Shown here one piece after another: positions 28,001 through 43,000 of a DNA stretch of 64,000 nucleotides. The position numbers and the translations under genes were made by a program. The DNA is from Isurus oxyrinchus (lineage: Eukaryota), in assembly GCA_026770705.1 (NCBI GenBank), contig JANJGN010000010.1:89342001-89406000 (forward strand), given 5' to 3'. Every line of letters begins with the position of its first letter. The stretch's first letter is position 1. The notes below the pieces were generated by a model. It did no database searches. It was not told the origin of the DNA and saw only the letters and a program-made list of their open reading frames with translations.

Positions 28001-31000
28001 TCATGCTTGATAATAGATATGATTGACAGTATCCTCTTGTGGCAAATGTTTGTGTCAGATATTTAATAACTGATACACTTACCGGGTGATAATATTTGTC
28101 CATTGGCTGTACAGGAGCATGTTGTTGTTTCTGTAGTAGTGGGAGTCACTGTTACTGTTGTTGTAGATTCGAGTGATGTGGTGGGCGTTGTGGTGGTTTC
28201 ACATTTTCCCGTGAACTTCAAAATTTCACAACTCTTAATACATAGAGTGAAATTACAGAGGCCGGATTTACCTGCAGAACTCACTATAGCCTGCCCTGGA
28301 AGACAAATGTCAGGAGAAGGTTTCAGTCATCTCATACCATTCTTCACTCAGATAACATGTTTACCTCTAGAAAAATGTATAGAACTGACCAGTCTGGCGT
28401 TAAGACAATTAAATGCTAAGTATAAGGCTAAATTTTTACAATGAAAGAAGATTCCAAAGTTAAACCATCAACATCAGCAGCTAAATATTTCCTCAGCTCT
28501 GATCGCACGTATAAACCTCCTCGTTTGGAAAGTTAAATTTTTCTGCTGCTGTTGTGTTTGGTTTACAAAATGGGACAGAACAATGTTGAAGCAGGTTAAC
28601 TGGGTTTGTCAAAGAGCAAATTGGATGCTGTAGAACGAGTCTACTGGTTGAAAATACTAAATTGAGCAAATCAGAAATTTGGGGACAGTGTTAAACTTTT
28701 TCCATCCGTACAACCAATATAATGTCTCTGCCTGAACGAACAATCATACGGACATATTCAGTGCAGCACAAAACTCTGATAACTGACTGACTAAATGAAG
28801 CAGTCAAAAGTGCTGAGCATTAGAAAGTTGTCCAATTTGTACGGACTTTCCAAACAGGCGAGACTTTTGCTGCAAATGCAGAATGAGAGTACGAACATTA
28901 AAGCTTGGACCTCGCTCGGTGATTCTCCATTGACACAATGTTGCATTCCTCATTTCAGTGGGACACAGGGCAACAAGTAGAGCACAGCAACCTGTGCGGA
29001 AACATTTAGTATCTTTAACCATTGTTGTGTGAATGTGAGTGTGTAATCTGGAATCATTATTTCAGATGTGCAGAGCATGAAGATATCCCTTTCTCCAAGG
29101 CAGGCGTCTCTCGGTTGAAAACTTATGGAGATGTCAAATCACATTTTGAATACGACAGATGACAGATTTCAATACAAATAATCCTGGGAACAGATGCCTA
29201 ATTATTCAGAAGAACATCCACTTTGTGTCCAAGAATATGAAGGAGAGGTCTGGAACTTCACATCAACAAACTGTGTCAATTATTGCATACACTCATGCTG
29301 GTTATTAGACATGATTGGCAGTAGTGTCTTGTGGCAAACGATTGTGCCAGATATTCAATAACTTATACACTTACCGGGTGATAATATTTGTCCACTGGCT
29401 GTACAGGAGCATGTTGTTGTTTCTGTAGTAGTGGGAGTCACTGTTACTGTTGTTGTAGATTCTAGTGTAGTGCTGGGCGCTGTGGTGGTTTCACATTTTC
29501 CCGTGTACTTCAAAATTTCACAACTCTTAGTACATAGAGTGAAATTACAGAGCCCAGATTTACCTGCAGAACTGACTATAGCCTGGCCTGGAAGACAAAA
29601 GTCAGGAAAAGGTTTCAGGCATCCCCTTCCATTGATCCTTCTAATATTACGCTTACCAACAAAAATCAATATATAGCTGACAGAGCCTCATATTTTGACA
29701 TTTAAGAGCTAACACCAACGCTGAAAGTTTAGAATAAAAGAAGATTCCACCTCTAGGTGAAATTCATGGGTCTGGAAAATATGACAGCCAATATTAGAAG
29801 CTAAATACTTCATGCACCCCGATTACAGGTCTAACTCTCCTCATTCCAGAATGTTAAATGATATTGCAATTGTTTGTGTTTGGTTTAAAAATGTGGACTG
29901 AACAATGTTGATACATGTTAAATGGGTTTCTAAAGAGCGAATTGGGGGCTGCAGAGAGCTTCTGTTTGAGCAAAACACAAAAGTGAGCGAAACAGAGAAA
30001 TTTGGGGACAGTGTGAAAATTATGCCATTCGTTCAACCAATATAATATCTCTGCCTGAACGAACAATCATATGGACATATTCAGTGCAGAACAATACACT
30101 GATAACTGATTGACTAAATGAAGCAGTCAAAAGTGCTGATCATTAGAAAGTTGCCCAATTTGTACGGACTTTCCAAACAGGCGAGACTTTTTTCTGGAAA
30201 TGCAGAATGAGAGTAAGAACATTAAAGCTTGGACCTCACTCGGTGTCTCTCCATTGACACCATGTTGTTTTCCTCAAGTCCAGGGGGACACAGAGCAACA
30301 AGTAGAGCACAGCAACTTGTGTGGACATTTAGTATCTTTAATCTTTGGTGTGTGAATGTGATTTTGAAATCTGGAATCATTATTTCAGATGTGCAAAGCA
30401 GGAAGACGTCCACTTCTCCAAGGGCTGATTCTCTCGGTTGAAAAATAATGGAGACGTCAAATCACATTTTGAATGGGACAGATGACAAATTTCAATACAA
30501 ATAATCCTGGGAACAGATGCCTAATTATTCAGAAGAACATCCACTTTGTGTCCAAGAATGTGAAGGAGAGGTCTGGAACTTCACATCAACAAACTGTCTC
30601 AATTATTGCATACACTCATGCTGGTTATTAGACATGATTGGCAGTAGTGTCTTGTGGCAAACGATTGTGCCAGATATTCAATAACTTATACACTTACCGG
30701 GTGATAATATTTGTCCATTGGCTGTACAGGAGCATGTTGTTGTTTCTGTAGTAGTGGGAGTCACTGTTACTGTTGTTGTAGATTCTAGTGTAGTGCTGGG
30801 CGCTGTGGTGGTTTCACATTTTCCCGTGTACTTCAAAATTTCACAACTCTTAGTACATAGAGTGAAATTACAGAGGCCAGATTCACCTGCAGAACTGACT
30901 ATAGCCTGGCCTGGAAGACAAAAGTCAGGAAAAGGTTTCAGCCATCTCCTTCCATTCATCACTCTGAGATTACTCTTACCAACAAAATTAAACATATAGC

Positions 31001-34000
31001 TGACAGAGCCTCATATTTTGACATTTAAGAGCTGAGACCAACGCTGAATGTTTAGGACGAAAGAAGATTCCACCTCAAGGTTATAGGCATGGACGTGGAA
31101 AATATGACGGCCAATATTAGAAGCTAAATATTTCATGAGCTCCAATTGCAGGTCTAACAATCCTCTTTCCAGAATGTTAAATGATATTGCAATTGTTTGT
31201 GTTTGGTTTACAAATGTGGACTGAACAATGTTGATACACCTTAAATGGGTTTCTAAAGAGTAAATTGGGGGCTGTAGAAAGAGTCCGTTTGAGCAAAACA
31301 CAAAAGTGAGCAAAACAGAGGAATTTGGGGACAGTGCGAAACTTGTGCCAACCGTACAACTGATATTATGTCTCTGCCTGAATGAACAATCATTTGGACA
31401 TATTCAGTGCAGCACAAAACACTGATAACTGATTGACTTAAGGAAGCAATCAATAGCGCTGAGCGTTAGAAAATTGCCCAATTTGTGCAAACATTCCGAA
31501 CAGGCGAGACATTTGCTGGAAATGCCGAATGAGAGTGCGACCTTTACTGATTGGACCTCACTTGGCGTCTCTCCCTTGACACAATGTTGATTTTCAAAAT
31601 CCAGTGGGACACAGGGCAACAAGTAGAGCACAGCAACCTGTGTTGGAAACATTTAGTATCTTTAACCTTTGGTGTGTGAATGTGAATGTGAAATCTGGAA
31701 TCATTGGTTCAGATGTGCAGAGCATGAAGATGTCCACTTCTCCAAGGGCTGATTCTCTCGGTTGAATATTTATGGAGACGTCAAATCACATTTTGAATGA
31801 GACGGATGACAAATTTCAATACAAATAATCCTGGGAACGGATGCCTAATTATTCACTAGAACATCGAATTTGTATCCAACAACATGAAGCAGAGGTCTGG
31901 ATCTTCACATCAACAAACTGTGTCAATTATTGCATACAATCATGCTGGATATTAGACATGATTGACTGTATTCTCTTGTGGCAAATGATTCTGTCAGATA
32001 TTTAATAATTGATACACTTACCGGGTGATAATATTTGTCCATTGGCTGTACAGGAGCATGTTGTTGTTTCTGTAGTAGTGGGAGTCACTGTTACTGTTGT
32101 TGTAGATTCTAGTGTAGTGCTGGGCGCTGTGGTGGTTTCACATTTTCCCGTGTACTTCAAAATTTCACAACTCTTAGTACATAGAGTGAAATTACAGAGG
32201 CCGGATTTACCTGCAGAACTTACTATAGCCTGGCCTGGAAGACAAAAGTCAGGAAAAGGTTTCAGGCATCTCCTTCCATTCATCCTTCGAATGTTACGCT
32301 TAGCAACAAAAATCACTACATAGCTGACAGAGCCTCATATTTTGACATTTAAGAGCTAGGACCAACGCTGAAAGTTTAGAGCGAAAGAAGATTCCACCTC
32401 AAGGTGAAAGTCATGGATGTGGAAAATATAACGGCCAATATTAGAAGCTAAGTACTTCATGCGCCCCAATTACAGGTCTAACTCTCCTCATTCCAGAATG
32501 TTAAATGATATTGCAATTGTTTGTGTTTGGCTTAAAAATGTGGACTGAACAATGTTGATACATGTTAAATGGGTTTCTAAAGAGCAAATTGGGGGCTGTA
32601 GAAAGAGTCCATTTGAGCAAAACACAAAAGTGAGCAAAACAGAGGAATTTGGGGACAGTGTGAAAATTATGCCATTCGTTCAACGAATATAATATCTCTG
32701 ACTGAACGAACAATCATATGGACATATTCAGTGCAGAACAATACACTGATAACTGATTGACATAAGGAAGCAGTCAAAAGTGCTGATCATTAGAAAGTTG
32801 CCCAACTTGTATGGACTTTCCAAACAGGCGAGACTTTTTTCTGGAAATGCAGAATGAGAGTAAGAACATTAAAGCTTGGACCTCACTCGATGTCTCTCCA
32901 TTGACACCATGTTGTTTTCCTCAAGTCCAGGGGGACATAGAGCAACAAGTAGAGCACAGCAACTTGTGTGGACATTTAGTATCTTTAATCTTTGGTGTGT
33001 GAATGTGAATTTGAAATCTGGAATCATTATTTCAGATGTGCAGAGCATGAAGATGTCCACTTCTCCAAGGGCTGATTCTCTCGGTTGAAAAATAATGGAG
33101 ACGTCAAATCACATTTTGAATGGGACAGATGACAGATTTCAATACAAATAATCCTGGGAACAGATGCCTAATTATTCAGAAGAACATCCACTTTGTGTCC
33201 AAGAATGTGAAGGAGAGGTCTGGAACTTCACATCAACAAACTGTCTCAATTATTGCATAATATCATGCTTGATAATAGATATGATTGACAGTATCCTCTT
33301 GTGGCAAATGTTTGTGTCAGATATTTAATAACTGATACACTTACCGGGTGATAATATTTGTCCATTGGCTGTACAGGAGCATGTTGTTGTTTCTGTAGTA
33401 GTGGGAGTCACTGTTACTGTTGTTGTAGATTCGAGTGATGTGGTGGGCGTTGTGGTGGTTTCACATTTTCCCGTGAAGTTCAAAATTTCACAACTCTTAA
33501 TACATAGAGTGAAATTACAGAGGCCGGATTTACCTGCAGAACTCACTATAGCCTGCCCTGGAAGACAAATGTCAGGAGAAGGTTTCAGTCATCTCATACC
33601 ATTCTTCACTCAGATAACATGTTTACCTCTAGAAAAATGTATAGAACTGACCAGTCTGGCGTTAAGACAATTAAATGCTAAGTATAAGGCTAAATTTTTA
33701 CAATGAAAGAAGATTCCAAAGTTAAACCATCAACATCAGCAGCTAAATATTTCCTCAGCTCTGATCGCACGTATAAACCTCCTCGTTTGGAAAGTTAAAT
33801 TTTTCTGCTGCTGTTGTGTTTGGTTTACAAAATGGGACAGAACAATGTTGAAACAGGTTAACTGGGTTTGTAAAAGAGCAAATTGGATGCTGTAGAACGA
33901 GTCTACTGGTTGAAAATACTAAATTGAGCAAATCAGAAATTTGGGGACAGTGTTAAACTTTTTCCATCCGTACAACCAATATAATGTCTCTGCCTGAACG

Positions 34001-37000
34001 AACAATCATACGGACATATTCAGTGCAGCACAAAACTCTGATAACTGACTGACTAAATGAAGCAGTCAAAAGTGCTGAGCATTAGAAAGTTGCCCAATTT
34101 GTACGGACTTTCCAAACAGGCGAGACTTTTGCTGCAAATGCAGAATGAGAGTACGAACATTAAAGCTTGGACCTCGCTCGGTGATTCTCCATTGACACAA
34201 TGTTGCATTCCTCATTTCAGTGGGACACAGGGCAACAAGTAGAGCACAGCAACCTGTGCGGAAACATTTAGTATCTTTAACCATTGTTGTGTGAATGTGA
34301 GTGTGTAATCTGGAATCATTATTTCAGATGTGCAGAGCATGAAGATATCCCTTTCTCCAAGGCAGGCGTCTCTCGGTTGAAAACTTATGGAGATGTCAAA
34401 TCACATTTTGAATACGACAGATGACAGATTTCAATACAAATAATCCTGGGAACAGATGCCTAATTATTCAGAAGAACATCCACTTTGTGTCCAAGAATAT
34501 GAAGGAGAGGTCTGGAACTTCACATCAACAAACTGTGTCAATTATTGCATACACTCATGCTGGTTATTAGACATGATTGGCAGTAGTGTCTTGTGGCAAA
34601 CGATTGTGCCAGATATTCAATAACTTATACACTTACCGGGTGATAATATTTGTCCACTGGCTGTACAGGAGCATGTTGTTGTTTCTGTAGTAGTGGGAGT
34701 CACTGTTACTGTTGTTGTAGATTCTAGTGTAGTGCTGGGCGCTGTGGTGGTTTCACATTTTCCCGTGTACTTCAAAATTTCACAACTCTTAGTACATAGA
34801 GTGAAATTACAGAGCCCAGATTTACCTGCAGAACTGACTATAGCCTGGCCTGGAAGACAAAAGTCAGGAAAAGGTTTCAGGCATCCCCTTCCATTGATCC
34901 TTCTAATATTACGCTTACCAACAAAAATCAATATATAGCTGACAGAGCCTCATATTTTGACATTTAAGAGCTAACACCAACGCTGAAAGTTTAGAATAAA
35001 AGAAGATTCCACCTCTAGGTGAAATTCATGGGTCTGGAAAATATGACGGCCAATATTAGAAGCTAAATACTTCATGCACCCCGATTACAGGTCTAACTCT
35101 CCTCATTCCAGAATGTTAAATGATATTGCAATTGTTTGTGTTTGGTTTAAAAATGTGGACTGAACAATGTTGATACATGTTAAATGGGTTTCTAAAGAGC
35201 GAATTGGGGGCTGCAGAGAGCTTCTGTTTGAGCAAAACACAAAAGTGAGCGAAACAGAGAAATTTGGGGACAGTGTGAAAATTATGCCATTCGTTCAACC
35301 AATATAATATCTCTGCCTGAACGAACAATCATATGGACATATTCAGTGCAGAACAATACACTGATAACTGATTGACTAAATGAAGCAGTCAAAAGTGCTG
35401 ATCATTAGAAAGTTGCCCAATTTGTACGGACTTTCCAAACAGGCGAGACTTTTTTCTGGAAATGCAGAATGAGAGTAAGAACATTAAAGCTTGGACCTCA
35501 CTCGGTGTCTCTCCATTGACACCATGTTGTTTTGCTCAAGTCCAGGGGGACACAGAGCAACAAGTAGAGCACAGCAACTTGTGTGGACATTTAGTATCTT
35601 TAATCTTTGGTGTGTGAATGTGATTTTGAAATCTGGAATCATAATTTCAGATGTGCAAAGCAGAAAGACGTCCACTTCTCCAAGGGCTGATTCTCTCGGT
35701 TGAAAAATAATGGAGACGTCAAATCACATTTTGAATGGGACAGATGACAAATTTCAATACAAATAATCCTGGGAACAGATGCCTAATTATTCAGAAGAAC
35801 ATCCACTTTGTGTCCAAGAATGTGAAGGAGAGGTCTGGAACTTCACATCAACAAACTGTCTCAATTATTGCATACACTCATGCTGGTTATTAGACATGAT
35901 TGGCAGCAGTGTCTTGTGGCAAACGATTGTGCCAGATATTCAATAACTTATACACTTACCGGGTGATAATATTTGTCCATTGGCTGTACAGGAGCATGTT
36001 GTTGTTTCTGTAGTAGTGGGAGTCACTATTACTGTTGTTGTAGATTCTAGTGTAGTGCTGGGCGCTGTGGTGGTTTCACATTTTCCCGTGTACTTCAAAA
36101 TTTCACAACTCTTAGTACATAGAGTGAAATTACAGAGGCCAGATTCACCTGCAGAACTGACTATAGCCTGGCCTGGAAGACAAAAGTCAGGAAAAGGTTT
36201 CAGCCATCTCCTTCCATTCATCACTCTGAGATTACTCTTACCAACAAAATTAAACATATAGCTGACAGAGCCTCATATTTTGACATTTAAGAGCTGAGAC
36301 CAACGCTGAATGTTTAGGACGAAAGAAGATTCCACCTCAAGGTTATAGGCATGGACGTGGAAAATATGACGGCCAATATTAGAAGCTAAATATTTCATGA
36401 GCTCCAATTGCAGGTCTAACAATCCTCTTTCCAGAATGTTAAATGATATTGCAATTGTTTGTGTTTGGTTTACAAATGTGGACTGAACAATGTTGATACA
36501 CCTTAAATGGGTTTCTAAAGAGTAAATTGGGGGCTGTAGAAAGAGTCCGTTTGAGCAAAACACAAAAGTGAGCAAAACAGAGGAATTTGGGGACAGTGCG
36601 AAACTTGTGCCAACCGTACAACTGATATTATGTCTCTGCCTGAATGAACAATCATTTGGACATATTCAGTGCAGCACAAAACACTGATAACTGATTGACT
36701 TAAGGAAGCAATCAATAGCGCTGAGCGTTAGAAAATTGCCCAATTTGTGCAAACATTCCGAACAGCCGAGACATTTGCTGGAAATGCCGAATGAGAGTGC
36801 GACCTTTACTGATTGGACCTCACTTGGCGTCTCTCCCTTGACACAATGTTGATTTTCAAAATCCAGTGGGACACAGGGCAACAAGTAGAGCACAGCAACC
36901 TGTGTTGGAAACATTTAGTATCTTTAACCTTTGGTGTGTGAATGTGAATGTGAAATCTGGAATCATTGGTTCAGATGTGCAGAGCATGAAGATGTCCATT

Positions 37001-40000
37001 TCTCCAAGGGCTGATTCTCTCGGTTGAATATTTATGGAGACGTCAAATCACATTTTGAATGAGACGGATGACAAATTTCAATACAAATAATCCTGGGAAC
37101 GGATGCCTAATTATTCACTAGAACATCGAATTTGTATCCAACAACATGAAGCAGAGGTCTGGATCTTCACATCAACAAACTGTGTCAATTATTGCATACA
37201 ATCATGCTGGATATTAGACATGATTGACTGTATTCTCTTGTGGCAAATGATTCTGTCAGATATTTAATAATTGATACACTTACCGGGTGATAATATTTGT
37301 CCATTGGCTGTACAGGAGCATGTGGTTGTTTCTGTAGTAGTGGGAGTCACTGTTACTGTTGTTGTAGATTCTAGTGTAGTGCTGGGCGCTGTGGTGGTTT
37401 CACATTTTCCCGTGTACTTCAAAATTTCACAACTCTTAGTACATAGAGTGAAATTACAGAGGCCGGATTTACCTGCAGAACTTACTATAGCCTGGCCTGG
37501 AAGACAAAAGTCAGGAAAAGGTTTCAGGCATCTCCTTCCATTCATCCTTCGAATGTTACGCTTAGCAACAAAAATCACTACATAGCTGACAGAGCCTCAT
37601 ATTTTGACATTTAAGAGCTAGGACCAACGCTGAAAGTTTAGAGCGAAAGAAGATTCCACCTCAAGGTGAAAGTCATGGATGTGGAAAATATAACGGCCAA
37701 TATTAGAAGCTAAGTACTTCATGCGCCCCAATTACAGGTCTAACTCTCCTCATTCCAGAATGTTAAATGATATTGCAATTGTTTGTGTTTGGCTTAAAAA
37801 TGTGGACTGAACAATGTTGATACATGTTAAATGGGTTTCTAAAGAGCGAATTGGGGGCTGTAGAAAGAGTCCATTTGAGCAAAACACAAAAGTGAGCAAA
37901 ACAGAGGAATTTGGGGACAGTGTGAAAATTATGCCATTCGTTCAACGAATATAATATCTCTGACTGAACGAACAATCATATGGACATATTCAGTGCAGAA
38001 CAATACACTGATAACTGATTGACATAAGGAAGCCGTCAAAAGTGCTGATCATTAGAAAGTTGCCCAACTTGTATGGACTTTCCAAACAGGCGAGACTTTT
38101 TTCTGGAAATGCAGAATGAGAGTAAGAACATTAAAGCTTGGACCTCACTCGATGTCTCTCCATTGACACCATGTTGTTTTCCTCAAGTCCAGGGGGACAT
38201 AGAGCAACAAGTAGAGCACAGCAACTTGTGTGGACATTTAGTATCTTTAATCTTTGGTGTGTGAATGTGAATTTGAAATCTGGAATCATTATTTCAGATG
38301 TGCAGAGCATGAAGATGTCCACTTCTCCAAGGGCTGATTCTCTCGGTTGAAAAATAATGGAGACGTCAAATCACATTTTGAATGGGACAGATGACAGATT
38401 TCAATACAAATAATCCTGGGAACAGATGCCTAATTATTCAGAAGAACATCCACTTTGTGTCCAAGAATGTGAAGGAGAGGTCTGGAACTTCACATCAACA
38501 AACTGTCTCAATTATTGCATAATATCATGCTTGATAATAGATATGATTGACAGTATCCTCTTGTGGCAAATGTTTGTGTCAGATATTTAATAACTGATAC
38601 ACTTACCGGGTGATAATATTTGTCCATTGGCTGTACAGGAGCATGTTGTTGTTTCTGTAGTAGTGGGAGTCACTGTTACTGTTGTTGTAGATTCGAGTGA
38701 TGTGGTGGGCGTTGTGGTGGTTTCACATTTTCCCGTGAAGTTCAAAATTTCACAACTCTTAATACATAGAGTGAAATTACAGAGGCCGGATTTACCTGCA
38801 GAACTCACTATAGCCTGCCCTGGAAGACAAATGTCAGGAGAAGGTTTCAGTCATCTCATACCATTCTTCACTCAGATAACATGTTTACCTCTAGAAAAAT
38901 GTATAGAACTGACCAGTCTGGCGTTAAGACAATTAAATGCTAAGTATAAGGCTAAATTTTTACAATGAAAGAAGATTCCAAAGTTAAACCATCAACATCA
39001 GCAGCTAAATATTTCCTCAGCTCTGATCGCACGTATAAACCTCCTCGTTTGGAAAGTTAAATTTTTCTGCTGCTGTTGTGTTTGGTTTACAAAATGGGAC
39101 AGAACAATGTTGAAACAGGTTAACTGGGTTTGTAAAAGAGCAAATTGGATGCTGTAGAACGAGTCTACTGGTTGAAAATACTAAATTGAGCAAATCAGAA
39201 ATTTGGGGACAGTGTTAAACTTTTTCCATCCGTACAACCAATATAATGTCTCTGCCTGAACGAACAATCATACGGACATATTCAGTGCAGCACAAAACTC
39301 TGATAACTGACTGACTAAATGAAGCAGTCAAAAGTGCTGAGCATTAGAAAGTTGCCCAATTTGTACGGACTTTCCAAACAGGCGAGACTTTTGCTGCAAA
39401 TGCAGAATGAGAGTACGAACATTAAAGCTTGGATCTCGCTCGGTGATTCTCCATTGACAAAATGTTGCATTCCTCATTTCAGTGGGACACAGGGCAAACA
39501 AGTAGAGCACAGCAACCTGTGCGGAAACATTTAGTATCTTTAACCATTGTTGTGTGAATGTGAGTGTGTAATCTGGAATCATTATTTCAGATGTGCAGAG
39601 CATGAAGATATCCCTTTCTCCAAGGCAGGCGTCTCTCGGTTGAAAACTTATGGAGATGTCAAATCACATTTTGAATACGACAGATGACAGATTTCAATAC
39701 AAATAATCCTGGGAACAGATGCCTAATTATTCAGAAGAACATCCACTTTGTGTCCAAGAATATGAAGGAGAGGTCTGGAACTTCACATCAACAAACTGTG
39801 TCAATTATTGCATACACTCATGCTGGTTATTAGACATGATTGGCAGTAGTGTCTTGTGGCAAACGATTGTGCCAGATATTCAATAACTTATACACTTACC
39901 GGGTGATAATATTTGTCCACTGGCTGTACAGGAGCATGTTGTTGTTTCTGTAGTAGTGGGAGTCACTGTTACTGTTGTTGTAGATTCTAGTGTAGTGCTG

Positions 40001-43000
40001 GGCGCTGTGGTGGTTTCACATTTTCCCGTGTACTTCAAAATTTCACAACTCTTAGTACATAGAGTGAAATTACAGAGCCCAGATTTACCTGCAGAACTGA
40101 CTATAGCCTGGCCTGGAAGACAAAAGTCAGGAAAAGGTTTCAGGCATCCCCTTCCATTGATCCTTCTAATATTACGCTTACCAACAAAAATCAATATATA
40201 GCTGACAGAGCCTCATATTTTGACATTTAAGAGCTAACACCAACGCTGAAAGTTTAGAATAAAAGAAGATTCCACCTCTAGGTGAAATTCATGGGTCTGG
40301 AAAATATGACGGCCAATATTAGAAGCTAAATACTTCATGCACCCCGATTACAGGTCTAACTCTCCTCATTCCAGAATGTTAAATGATATTGCAATTGTTT
40401 GTGTTTGGTTTAAAAATGTGGACTGAACAATGTTGATACATGTTAAATGGGTTTCTAAAGAGCGAATTGGGGGCTGCAGAGAGCTTCTGTTTGAGCAAAA
40501 CACAAAAGTGAGCGAAACAGAGAAATTTGGGGACAGTGTGAAAATTATGCCATTCGTTCAACGAATATAATATCTCTGACTGAACGAACAATCATATGGA
40601 CATATTCAGTGCAGAACAATACACTGATAACTGATTGACTAAATGAAGCAGTCAAAAGTGCTGATCATTAGAAAGTTGCCCAATTTGTACGGACTTTCCA
40701 AACAGGCGAGACTTTTTTCTGGAAATGCAGAATGAGAGTAAGAACATTAAAGCTTGGACCTCACTCGGTGTCTCTCCATTGACACCATGTTGTTTTCCTC
40801 AAGTCCAGGGGGACACAGAGCAACAAGTAGAGCACAGCAACTTGTGTGGACATTTAGTATCTTTAATCTTTGGTGTGTGAATGTGATTTTGAAATCTGGA
40901 ATCATTATTTCAGATGTGCAAAGCAGGAAGACGTCCACTTCTCCAAGGGCTGATTCTCTCGGTTGAAAAATAATGGAGACGTCAAATCACATTTTGAATG
41001 GGACAGATGACAAATTTCAATACAAATAATCCTGGGAACAGATGCCTAATTATTCAGAAGAACATCCACTTTGTGTCCAAAAATGTGAAGGAGAGGTCTG
41101 GAACTTCACATCAACAAACTGTGTCAATTATTGCATACACTCATGCTGGTTATTAGACATGATTGGCAGTAGTGTCTTGTGGCAAACGATTGTGCCAGAT
41201 ATTCAATAACTTATACACTTACCGGATGATAATATTTGTCCATTGGCTGTACAGGAGCATGTTGTTGTTTCTGTAGTAGTGGGAGTCACTGTTACTGTTG
41301 TTGTAGATTCTAGTGTAGTGCTGGGCGCTGTGGTGGTTTCACATTTTCCCGTGTACTTCAAAATTTCACAACTCTTAGTACATAGAGTGAAATTACAGAG
41401 GCCAGATTCACCTGCAGAACTGACTATAGCCTGGCCTGGAAGACAAAAGGCAGGAAAAGGTTTCAGCCATCTCCTTCCATTCATCACTCTGAGATTACTC
41501 TTACCAACAAAATTAAACATATAGCTGACAGAGCCTCATATTTTGACATTTAAGAGCTGAGACCAACGCTGAATGTTTAGGACGAAAGAAGATTCCACCT
41601 CAAGGTTATAGGCATGGACGTGGAAAATATGACGGCCAATATTAGAAGCTAAATATTTCATGAGCTCCAATTGCAGGTCTAACAATCCTCTTTCCAGAAT
41701 GTTAAATGATATTGCAATTGTTTGTGTTTGGTTTACAAATGTGGACTGAACAATGTTGATACACCTTAAATGGGTTTCTAAAGAGTAAATTGGGGGCTGT
41801 AGAAAGAGTCCGTTTGAGCAAAACACAAAAGTGAGCAAAACAGAGGAATTTGGGGACAGTGCGAAACTTGTGCCAACCGTACAACTGATATTATGTCTCT
41901 GCCTGAATGAACAATCATTTGGACATATTCAGTGCAGCACAAAACACTGATAACTGATTGACTTAAGGAAGCAATCAATAGCGCTGAGCGTTAGAAAATT
42001 GCCCAATTTGTGCAAACATTCCGAACAGGCGAGACATTTGCTGGAAATGCCGAATGAGAGTGCGACCTTTACTGATTGGACCTCACTTGGCGTCTCTCCC
42101 TTGACACAATGTTGATTTTCAAAATCCAGTGGGACACAGGGCAACAAGTAGAGCACAGCAACCTTTGTTGGAAACATTTAGTATCTTTAACCTTTGGTGT
42201 GTGAATGTGAATGTGAAATCTGGAATCATTGGTTCAGATGTGCAGAGCATGAAGATGTCCATTTCTCCAAGGGCTGATTCTCTCGGTTGAATATTTATGG
42301 AGACGTCAAATCACATTTTGAATGAGACGGATGACAAATTTCAATACAAATAATCCTGGGAACGGATGCCTAATTATTCACTAGAACATCGAATTTGTAT
42401 CCAACAACATGAAGCAGAGGTCTGGATCTTCACATCAACAAACTGTGTCAATTATTGCATACAATCATGCTGGATATTAGACATGATTGACTGTATTCTC
42501 TTGTGGCAAATGATTCTGTCAGATATTTAATAATTGATACACTTACCGGGTGATAATATTTGTCCATTGGCTGTACAGGAGCATGTTGTTGTTTCTGTAG
42601 TAGTGGGAGTCACTGTTACTGTTGTTGTAGATTCTAGTGTAGTGCTGGGCGCTGTGGTGGTTTCACATTTTCCCGTGTACTTCAAAATTTCACAACTCTT
42701 AGTACATAGAGTGAAATTACAGAGGCCGGATTTACCTGCAGAACTTACTATAGCCTGGCCTGGAAGACAAAAGTCAGGAAAAGGTTTCAGGCATCTCCTT
42801 CCATTCATCCTTCGAATGTTACGCTTAGCAACAAAAATCACTACATAGCTGACAGAGCCTCATATTTTGACATTTAAGAGCTAGGACCAACGCTGAAAGT
42901 TTAGAGCGAAAGAAGATTCCACCTCAAGGTGAAAGTCATGGATGTGGAAAATATAACGGCCAATATTAGAAGCTAAGTACTTCATGCGCCCCAATTACAG